Assembly: GCA_016867585.1 (NCBI GenBank)
Contig: VGJF01000002.1
Span: 1-46,516, forward strand
DNA from: Candidatus Aminicenantes bacterium
GTDB lineage: Bacteria; Acidobacteriota; Aminicenantia; Aminicenantales; UBA4085
Direction of reading: 5' to 3'
Length of the DNA stretch: 46,516 bases
Part shown: positions 8,463 through 15,297 of the stretch, one piece after another
How positions within the stretch are numbered: the first letter of the stretch is position 1
How the letters are laid out: the number at the start of each line of letters is the position of its first letter
The notes under the pieces: generated by a model
What the model saw: the letters and a program-made list of their open reading frames with translations, nothing else
Databases searched by the model: none
What the model was told of the DNA's origin: nothing
Translations under genes and position numbers: made by a program

Positions 8463-9850
8463 CGGCGGACTTCATAGTCCGAGACCTGCTTGTCGTATTC
8501 GGCCCCGACGTTCCGGGCGTAGTCGGCGATCTCCTCGCGCTTGTTGGCGATGAACTTGCGGAAGATGTCCTCGCCCAGGGCGTTGCGGACGAGATCGCTC
8601 CCTTCCATGAGCCGGACGGCTTCCGCCAGATCCCGGGGGAGGGTTTGGATCTTGAGCTTCTTCTGCCGGGCGCCGCTCATGCCGTAGGTGTTCTCCTCGA
8701 CGGCCTCGGGGAGGGGATACCGCTCCCGGACGCCGGCCAGTCCGGCCGTCAGCATGACGGTGAAGGCGAGATACAGGTTGCAGCCGGGGTCGGGAGAGCG
8801 GAGCTCGAGACGGGTGGCGCCTTCCTTGTCGGGCTGGTACTGGGGGACGCGGATGTAGGCCGAGCGGTTCCTCTGGCCCCAGGCGATGTAGACCGGGGCC
8901 TCGTAGCCCTCGATGAGCCTCTTGTAGGAGTTGATCCACTGGCTGAAGACGGCCGAAATCTCCCGGGCGTGGTGGATGAGTCCGCCGATGTATGACCGGG
9001 CGGTTCCCGACAGGCGGTATTCGCCCGAACCGTCGAAGAAGAGATTCCTCCCCCCGCTCCAGAGGGACTGGTGGACGTGCATCCCGCTGCCGTTCTGGCC
9101 GTTGATCGGCTTGGGCATGAAGGTCGCGTAGAGGCCGTGCATCCGGGCGACGCGTTTGACCATGTATCGGAAGAGCATCCCGATGTCGGCCATCTCCAGG
9201 GCGCCGGCGTATTCGAGGTCGATCTCGTGCTGGCCGTGGGCGACCTCGTGGTGGTCGTATTCGGAGCGGATGCCCATCCGCTTGAGGAGGAGCTGGATCT
9301 CTTTCCGGATTTCGCCGTGGCGGCCGGCGAAGAAATACCCGCCCTCGTCCAGGGGCTCGGGCTCGCGGTCGTTGGGGAAGAGGAAGAATTCGAGCTCGGG
9401 CCCGACGTTGAAGGCCTCGATCCCGAACTCCTCCTCGGCTCGGCGGAGGGCCCGCTTCAAGGCGCCGCGGGAGTCGCCCCCGAACGGCCGTCCGTCCGGC
9501 GTCAGGATGTCTCCAAACATGACTCCCTCCCGCCAGGTCGTGGCCGGGTCGAAGCCCCGATAGGCCCACGGCAGGAGACGGAAGGTCTTCGGATCGGGCT
9601 TGATGACGAGGTCGCTCTCCTCGATCCGGACGAAGCCTTCAACCGATGAGCCGTCGAAGCCCTTCCCGTCTCGGAAGGCTTTTTCGAGCTCGGGTCCGGG
9701 GAAGGAGAAGTCCATGGGCCGGCCCAGGATGTCGGGGAAAACGACCCGGATGAACTCGATCCTGTTTTCCGGCTCGAGGACGGCCTCGAGGACTTCTTCT
9801 TCTCCGGCGTAGCCGTGCGTTTTCAGGCTCGAGGGACAAGATGACGTCAT
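8444..9850 (-). CDS. glnA: Glutamine synthetase, type I-alpha
   Basis: GS signatures: FDGSSVEGF, GPELEFFLF, KPINGQNGSGMHVHQSLW, NRSAYIRVP. The NTYGMS region has no NLYDLP-type adenylylation loop. ATG at 9850 is preferred over the track TTG at 9856 because AGGAGG lies 6 nt upstream. Confidence 0.9.
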   Translation of the reverse strand: MTSSCPSSLKTHGYAGEEEVLEAVLEPENRIEFIRVVFPDILGRPMDFSFPGPELEKAFRDGKGFDGSSVEGFVRIEESDLVIKPDPKTFRLLPWAYRGFDPATTWREGVMFGDILTPDGRPFGGDSRGALKRALRRAEEEFGIEAFNVGPELEFFLFPNDREPEPLDEGGYFFAGRHGEIRKEIQLLLKRMGIRSEYDHHEVAHGQHEIDLEYAGALEMADIGMLFRYMVKRVARMHGLYATFMPKPINGQNGSGMHVHQSLWSGGRNLFFDGSGEYRLSGTARSYIGGLIHHAREISAVFSQWINSYKRLIEGYEAPVYIAWGQRNRSAYIRVPQYQPDKEGATRLELRSPDPGCNLYLAFTVMLTAGLAGVRERYPLPEAVEENTYGMSGARQKKLKIQTLPRDLAEAVRLMEGSDLVRNALGEDIFRKFIANKREEIADYARNVGAEYDKQVSDYEVRRYLPIL

Positions 9851-9891
9851 CTTCAACCTCCTGAACTATTAAAAAAAGACATTTGTCCTTT

Positions 9892-9920
9892 CATATACAG
9901 ATTTCAATTTCATTTGTCAA
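9892..9920 (-). promoter_or_regulatory. Sigma70-type glnA promoter (TTGACA-17-TATATG on the minus strand)
   Basis: Minus strand: TTGACA (9920-9915), 17-nt spacer, TATATG (9897-9892), in the AT-rich glnA/lrp intergenic region. Confidence 0.5.
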
Positions 9921-10079
9921 GATATCATATATAATTAAGCACAAATGTTTTGCATCGATGAATAATAAGGAGTCGGGGCGGCGAGCCGAGCGGATGTGTC
10001 CCACCCCGGAGCCGTTGACGTGTTTCGCGGCCGCCCCAAAAAGGCGCTTGTCGGCCGGACGAGCGGGGCGGAAAACGTA

Positions 10080-10085
10080 TATAAT
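10080..10085 (+). promoter_or_regulatory. Candidate -10 box (perfect TATAAT) for the Lrp/AsnC gene; no convincing -35
   Basis: TATAAT at 10080-10085, 21 nt upstream of the GTG at 10107, followed by the GGGGAGGA Shine-Dalgarno. Confidence 0.3.
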
Positions 10086-10106
10086 AGGCGGCGGGGAGGA
10101 TCATCC

Positions 10107-10550
10107 GTGATCGAAGAGCTCGACAAAAAGATCATCAGGGTCATGAACGTCAACGCCCGAAAAAGCTTCCGGGAAATCGCCAAGGAGGTCGGCACCTCGG
10201 TCACGGCCGTGATCGGAGCCGTCAAGAGAATGGAGTCCTCGGGGGCCATCCGGGGCTATTTTCCGGCCGTCGACCCGGCCAGATTCGGGTTCGACCTGTG
10301 CGCCCTTGTCGCTCTCAGGATCTCGCAGGGCAAGATTCTCGAAACCCAACGCCGGATCGCCGAGGATGTCCGGGTATCGGCCGTTTACGACGTCACCGGA
10401 GAATGGGACTCGATCGTCGTCGCGTATTTCCAAGGCCGCGACGACCTCAACCGGTTCTTGAAGAAGGTCACCGCGATGCCCTACGTCGACCGGACGGTGA
10501 CCCATCTCGTCCTCAATACGGTCAAGGACGAGCGCCGGATTCCCGTTTAA
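10107..10550 (+). CDS. Lrp/AsnC-family transcriptional regulator
   Basis: GTG start (in frame with track ORF 9996..10550) preceded by GGAGGA. HTH: LDKKIIRVMNVNARKSFREIAKEVGTSVTAVIGAVKRMESSGAIRGY. Followed by a RAM/AsnC_trans_reg-like C-terminal domain. Confidence 0.85.
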   Translation: MIEELDKKIIRVMNVNARKSFREIAKEVGTSVTAVIGAVKRMESSGAIRGYFPAVDPARFGFDLCALVALRISQGKILETQRRIAEDVRVSAVYDVTGEWDSIVVAYFQGRDDLNRFLKKVTAMPYVDRTVTHLVLNTVKDERRIPV

Positions 10551-10553
10551 TAA

Positions 10554-10599
10554 GGGGGCGGCTCCTTTTTCGGCCGAAAATGGAACCGTCCCCTTTTTT
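10554..10599 (+). terminator. Rho-independent terminator after the lrp-like gene
   Basis: Long imperfect hairpin gggggcggctcctttttcgg / ccgaaaatggaaccgtcccc followed by TTTTTT. Confidence 0.65.
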
Positions 10600-10602
10600 C
10601 GT

Positions 10603-10630
10603 TTGACAGGGGGGGGGACTGTGCCATAAT
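10603..10630 (+). promoter_or_regulatory. Sigma70-type promoter for the AdoMet decarboxylase gene (TTGACA-16-CATAAT) with a G9 tract in the spacer
   Basis: TTGACA at 10603-10608, then G9 (10609-10617) + actgtgc, then CATAAT at 10625-10630. ATG at 10655. Confidence 0.5.
10609..10617. repeat. Homopolymeric G9 tract inside a promoter spacer
   Basis: Counted directly: nine consecutive G between the -35 and -10 boxes. Confidence 0.9.
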
Positions 10631-10654
10631 ACAGTTCCGGACCGGGAGAAAGGC

Positions 10655-11098
10655 ATGAGCAAAAAAAAGCACGAACCTGTCGGCCATCATTACATCGCCG
10701 AGGCCTCGGGCTGCAACCCGAAAATCATCGCCAGCGTCGAGAAAGTCCAAGACATCCTCGTCAAAGCGGCCGAAATCGCCGGAGCCAAGGTCTGGGCGAT
10801 TTCCTTCCACAGGTTCCCTCCGAGCGGCGTGAGCGGCGTCGTCGTCATTTCGGAATCCCACATCTCGACCCATACCTGGCCCGAGTTGAGGTACGCCGCC
10901 CTCGACATTTACACTTGCGGCAGCCACGTCGATCCGGAAAAAGCGGTCCTCTACGCTCTGGCCTCTTTCGGGGCGACAACCTCCCACATCACCGAAATCA
11001 CCCGAGGCATCGAGGAGGGAGACCTCAAGTTCTACCACAGTTCGGTCACTTGGGAGGAGAATTTCCGGCGCCGGTTCGGGAACGAGCCGGGGAAGTAG
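10655..11098 (+). CDS. speD: S-adenosylmethionine decarboxylase proenzyme (small bacterial/archaeal class 1 type)
   Basis: 147 aa. Self-processing and active-site block VVVISESHISTHTWPE. DIYTCG motif. Confidence 0.9.
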   Translation: MSKKKHEPVGHHYIAEASGCNPKIIASVEKVQDILVKAAEIAGAKVWAISFHRFPPSGVSGVVVISESHISTHTWPELRYAALDIYTCGSHVDPEKAVLYALASFGATTSHITEITRGIEEGDLKFYHSSVTWEENFRRRFGNEPGK

Positions 11099-11203
11099 CC
11101 TCCGAAACGCCGGTGTAAAGAATAATTACGCCGACCGGGTCCCGCCAGGCGGACCCTCCGCTCCCCGGCAGGGATGACCGGCCGTCAAGCGAGCGTTCAG
11201 GTT

Positions 11204-11219
11204 TGGCACGAATCGTGCT
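11204..11219 (+). promoter_or_regulatory. Candidate sigma54 (-24/-12) promoter: TGGCACG-N4-GTGC
   Basis: TGGCACGAATCGTGCT versus consensus TGGCACG-N4-TTGC(A/T). One mismatch in the -12 element. Lies 23 nt upstream of the ATG at 11242. Confidence 0.4.
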
Positions 11220-11241
11220 GAGGGGAAAGCGGATTCAGGTC

Positions 11242-13908
11242 ATGCGAAACGGTTCCGGCCGCACGTTTCAGCGTGGGAGAAAGGTGGGGCAGCGGTTGTG
11301 CGGATTGGCCGCCGTCCTGGTGTTCGCTTCGGCGGCTCTCGCCCAGCCCGAGACGTCTTCCAACAAAGAGGCCGATGCCCTCCTGGCCCGGCTCCAAGAG
11401 GCCTTCGCGGCCTCGGATCGAGAAGCCTACCTCGCTTCCTTCGTCCCGGAGATCCGGGAGCGGGAATGGGACATGGCCTTCAATTTTTTATCGCTCTGGA
11501 AGATGACCGGGGTGAAGTTCCATCGGGCCAGCCCCGTCCTCGAGGAGGACGGTCGGCCGACCCTCTATCTCCAGGTCCTCTACGAGAATCCGACCTCGGC
11601 CATGTTCGAAACCTGGCAGCTCGGCCTGAAGAGGACCGAGGCCGGGCTGGTCATCGGCTCCAAAGACGTCGCCGGCAACATCACGACCCTTTACAAGCTC
11701 CGGATGCCCTCCGGACGAACCGAGAGGGCCCGCCGGGTCGAAATCAGCCACCAGGACATCGTTTTGACTTTCGAAAACGCCTGGGTCGTCCGCGGCAACA
11801 TCCCGGAGACGGAGACGGCCCTGCTCATCCTCGGACCGGGACGTCTGCGCTTCGCCCCCTCCTCGGCCGTCGAGCGGCACCAGCTCGATCTCCGCTTCAA
11901 GTCGAGCGTTCTCGAAGACCGGCTCGAGTCGGCCTACCTCCGTTTCTCGCCGGCGTTTTTCAAGGATCGGATCCGGATCGAGCCCGATCCGGGTCCGGCG
12001 CCGATGGCCCTGCCCGAGCCCGAAGCCAAAAAAGCCCGGGCCCTGTTCGACAAATTCTATCCCGGCTCGTTCACGGTCGAAAACTCCATGACCGACGAGC
12101 TCCTGACCTTCATTCCCCAGGGCGACCAGGTCGTCTTCGAGTTCAAGACGGCCGCCCGGGGAGACATGGCCTACATCTTCTCCCCCTTTTCGGAGGAGGA
12201 AATCCACTTCCTTCGGAGAAAGCCCGATCAGATCATCTCCCTGTATTCCCCGGAGACTCCTGCGGGGGAGGGACGCCGGATGTTCGTCTCTTTCGGCCAG
12301 AAATTCGACGTCGAAAGCTACGAGATCGACCTCGATTTCCAGCCCGAGCGGATGTATCTGTCGGCCCGGGCCAAGATCGAAGCGTCGGCCCGGGTCGGGC
12401 CTCTCGACAGCCTCCAGTTCAACTTCAACTCCGGCCTGGAGATCGTCCGCGTTTACGACCGGGACGGACGGGAGCTGTTCTACACGCAAGACCGTCAGCG
12501 CCAGCTCCTCTATGTCTACTTTCTCCGTCCGGTCGAAAAAGAGGGGAGGGCGGCGGTCGAAATCTTCTACCGGGGCTCTCTCCCGCCTCCCCTCCAGACG
12601 GCTGACATCCTTCCCGGCCAGTTCAGCGAGTCGGTCTCCCTGATCCTCCCGAAGTACGAAAGCTATCTCTACAGCCAGTCCGCCCTCTGGTACCCGGCTC
12701 CGAGCGAGGACGAATATTTTCAAGCCCGGGTCCGCCTCATCTTCCCGCCGGGCTTCGTTTGCGTGGCCAACGGCGACCTCGTCGAGGAGGGGAAAATCGA
12801 CGGCGGGCGCCGCGTCCTTTCCCTGGAGAAGGTCGGCAACCCCTACCGGGTCTTCTCGACCCGGGTTCCGGTCAAGTACCTGTCGTTCATCATCGGCAAG
12901 TTCGACAAGTCGTACGGAGGGAATGGGACGGCCCGACCCGCCATCCAGGTCTTGGTCTCCGAGGACATCCGGATCCAGCGGAAGACCATCCTGGAGGAGG
13001 TCAAGGCCGTCCTGGCCGCCTACGAAGGCTGGTTCGGACCGTTCCCCTACGAAAAGCTGACCGTCCTCCAGAGGATCTGGCCGACGGGCGGCGGCCACAG
13101 CCCGGCCTCCTTCGTCGTCCTCAACGAGCTCCCCCGGACGCCGGACCTGATGACGCCGATCGCCAACCCGGACAGCCCCGTCGATCTCTCCCGCTTTCGG
13201 GAGTACGCCCTGGCCCACGAGATCGCCCACCAGTGGTGGGGGCAGGCCGTGACCGGGGCCACCTACCGCGAACAATGGCTGAGCGAGGGATTGGCCCAGT
13301 TCGCGGCCGCGGAATACCTCCGGCAAAAATACGGCGAGCGGACGTTCGCCGGCCTCCTCCGGAGGTTCGTCCAGTGGACCGGGAAGAAGTCCGTCTTCGG
13401 GCCGATCACCCTCGGGACGCGGATCAGCCTCCTCGATTTCGCGGCTTACCAAGCCGTCGTCTACAATAAAACTTGCGTCGTCCTGAACATGCTCCGCGAC
13501 CTTGTCGGCGAGGAGGCTTTTTTCCGCGGCCTCCGGTCTTTTTTCGAAAGCCGCGCTTTCAGGCCCGCCCGGACGTCCCATTTCCGCCAAGCCATGGAGG
13601 AGGCCTCGGGACGCGACCTCGGCCCGTTCTTCCGGGGATGGTTCGACTCCCACCTCCTCCCCGAGGTCCAGGTCAAGCATGACGTTGGAAAGACCGGCTC
13701 CGCCTTCGCCTTGCGGTTCAAGGTCAGCCAGCCGAAAACGGCTTTCGTCTTTCCCCTCGTCGTCGCCTGGCAGGAGGGCGGGAAAACCGTCCGCCGGACG
13801 CTCGATGTCGATGCCCCGACGAAAGAATTCGTCTTCGAGGCCGCGGCCCGGCCGGCCAAGGTCAAGGTCGACCCCGACGGGTTCCTCCCCGCCCGTTTCT
13901 TGAACTGA
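11242..13908 (+). CDS. Secreted M1-family-like zinc metallopeptidase (gluzincin)
   Basis: HEIAHQWWG-X..-WLSEG gives an exact HExxH-X18-E. Signal-peptide-like LCGLAAVLVFASAALAQ. The track start is TTG at 11203; ATG at 11242 is preferred. The canonical GAMEN exopeptidase motif is not seen (GGGHS at the expected position). Confidence 0.8.
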   Translation: MRNGSGRTFQRGRKVGQRLCGLAAVLVFASAALAQPETSSNKEADALLARLQEAFAASDREAYLASFVPEIREREWDMAFNFLSLWKMTGVKFHRASPVLEEDGRPTLYLQVLYENPTSAMFETWQLGLKRTEAGLVIGSKDVAGNITTLYKLRMPSGRTERARRVEISHQDIVLTFENAWVVRGNIPETETALLILGPGRLRFAPSSAVERHQLDLRFKSSVLEDRLESAYLRFSPAFFKDRIRIEPDPGPAPMALPEPEAKKARALFDKFYPGSFTVENSMTDELLTFIPQGDQVVFEFKTAARGDMAYIFSPFSEEEIHFLRRKPDQIISLYSPETPAGEGRRMFVSFGQKFDVESYEIDLDFQPERMYLSARAKIEASARVGPLDSLQFNFNSGLEIVRVYDRDGRELFYTQDRQRQLLYVYFLRPVEKEGRAAVEIFYRGSLPPPLQTADILPGQFSESVSLILPKYESYLYSQSALWYPAPSEDEYFQARVRLIFPPGFVCVANGDLVEEGKIDGGRRVLSLEKVGNPYRVFSTRVPVKYLSFIIGKFDKSYGGNGTARPAIQVLVSEDIRIQRKTILEEVKAVLAAYEGWFGPFPYEKLTVLQRIWPTGGGHSPASFVVLNELPRTPDLMTPIANPDSPVDLSRFREYALAHEIAHQWWGQAVTGATYREQWLSEGLAQFAAAEYLRQKYGERTFAGLLRRFVQWTGKKSVFGPITLGTRISLLDFAAYQAVVYNKTCVVLNMLRDLVGEEAFFRGLRSFFESRAFRPARTSHFRQAMEEASGRDLGPFFRGWFDSHLLPEVQVKHDVGKTGSAFALRFKVSQPKTAFVFPLVVAWQEGGKTVRRTLDVDAPTKEFVFEAAARPAKVKVDPDGFLPARFLN

Positions 13909-13911
13909 AAC

Positions 13912-15297
13912 TCAGAATTCCGAAACGTCGATATCCAGCCGCTTGATCATCTCGTTGAGCGTCGTCGGCTTGACCCCGAGCTTCGCCGCGGCCGCTTTCT
14001 GGACGCCCTTGGACCGGTGGAGGATCGTCTCGATGAGCTTCCGCTGGAAAGCCAAGGTCTGCTCCCGGAGGTTGAAGGATTCGCCGGAAGGAAGGGAGAG
14101 CGTCTCGGCCGCCCCTTCCGGGCTCAGGTAGAACGCCGGGAGGTCTTCCCGGCCGATGAGGTTCGTCTTGGCGAAGACGACCGCCCGTTCGACGAGGTTC
14201 TCGAGCTCGCGGACGTTGCCCGGCCAAGGATGCGCCTCCAAGATGTCCAGGACATCCGGCGTCACCCCCTCGATCTCCTTGCCGTTTTCCTTGGCGTAGA
14301 GGTCGAGGAAGTGCTTGACGAGGAGGGGGATGTCGTCCCTCCGCTCCCGGAGCGGGGGGAGCCCGATCTTGATGACGTTGAGCCGGTAGTAAAGGTCCTT
14401 GCGGAAGGCCTTGGCGGCGATGAGCTCCTCGAGGTCGGTGTTCGTCGCGGCGATGATCCGGACGTCGACCCGGATCGTCTTCGTCCCGCCGAGGCGCATG
14501 AATTCCTTGTCCTGCATGACCCGGAGAAGCTTGGCCTGGGTTTCGAGGCCGATCGTCGAGATCTCGTCGAAGAAGATCGTCCCCTTGTCGGCCGCCTCGA
14601 AGAGGCCCTCCTTCTCGCTCACGGCCCCGGTGAAGGCGCCTTTGACGTGGCCGAAGAGATGGCTCTCGAGGAGGTCGGGAGGCAGGGCGCCGCTGTTGAC
14701 GACGATGAAGGGGAGATGGGCCCGGTTCGAGCTCTGATGGATGGCCCGGGCGACGAGCTCCTTGCCCGTGCCGCTTTCGCCCTCGACGAGGATCGTCGAG
14801 CGGGTCGGGGCCGCGGCCCGGATGAGCTCGAAGACCTTCTCCATGGCTTGGCTGCGGCCGATGAGGTTGCTGAAGCCGTACTTCCTCTGGAGGGCGTCCC
14901 GGAGGCGGAGATTCTCGTCCTGGAGGCTCTTGTGCTCGAGGGCCCGGCGGATCGTCAGGAGAAGCTCGTCGTGCTTGAAAGGCTTCTGGACATAGTCGTA
15001 GGCCCCGATTTTCATGGCCTCGATGGCCGATTCGACCGAGGCATAGGCCGTGATGATGATGACCAGGGCCCGGGGGTTCTGCCGTTTCAGGACCTTGAGG
15101 ACCTCGATCCCGTCCAAGCCGGGCATGAGGAGGTCGAGCAGGACGAGGTCGGGCCGGCGGAGGCCGTAGCTCTGGAGCCCTTCCTCGCCGGAGGAGGCGG
15201 CGGCGACGTCGTAGCCCTCCGAGGCGAGGAGCTGGCCGAGGACGTCGCGGATGACGGGTTCGTCGTCGATGATCAGGATCGCGTCCGATGAGCTCAT
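13912..15297 (-). CDS. Sigma54-dependent response regulator (NtrC family: REC + AAA+ + Fis-type HTH)
   Basis: REC domain (LIIDDEP...DLVLLDLLMPGLDG). AAA+ domain (GESGTGKELVARAIH, GAFTGA, ESHLFGH). C-terminal HTH (AAAKLGVKPTTLNEMIKRL). Confidence 0.9.
   Translation of the reverse strand: MSSSDAILIIDDEPVIRDVLGQLLASEGYDVAAASSGEEGLQSYGLRRPDLVLLDLLMPGLDGIEVLKVLKRQNPRALVIIITAYASVESAIEAMKIGAYDYVQKPFKHDELLLTIRRALEHKSLQDENLRLRDALQRKYGFSNLIGRSQAMEKVFELIRAAAPTRSTILVEGESGTGKELVARAIHQSSNRAHLPFIVVNSGALPPDLLESHLFGHVKGAFTGAVSEKEGLFEAADKGTIFFDEISTIGLETQAKLLRVMQDKEFMRLGGTKTIRVDVRIIAATNTDLEELIAAKAFRKDLYYRLNVIKIGLPPLRERRDDIPLLVKHFLDLYAKENGKEIEGVTPDVLDILEAHPWPGNVRELENLVERAVVFAKTNLIGREDLPAFYLSPEGAAETLSLPSGESFNLREQTLAFQRKLIETILHRSKGVQKAAAAKLGVKPTTLNEMIKRLDIDVSEF

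Noticed and set aside
9935-9956. Sigma54-like GCAC-N7-TTGCA upstream of lrp
   Set aside because: It lacks the GG of the -24 element and has wrong spacing (7 instead of 5 nt between the GCAC and TTGC blocks).
9883-10110. 75-aa ORF in the glnA/lrp intergenic region
   Set aside because: It is AT-rich with atypical codon usage compared with all confident genes, and it overlaps promoter elements. It is most likely non-coding.
11488-13680. 730-aa minus-strand ORF opposite the M1 peptidase
   Set aside because: Antisense shadow with G/R/E/D/P-rich sequence. The plus-strand frame carries the exact HExxH-X18-E signature.
13905-13915. Convergent peptidase and regulator genes with stops only 3 nt apart (13908 / 13912) and no terminator
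   Set aside because: Real, but common in compact GC-rich genomes. It has no specific structure to report beyond possible read-through antisense transcription.
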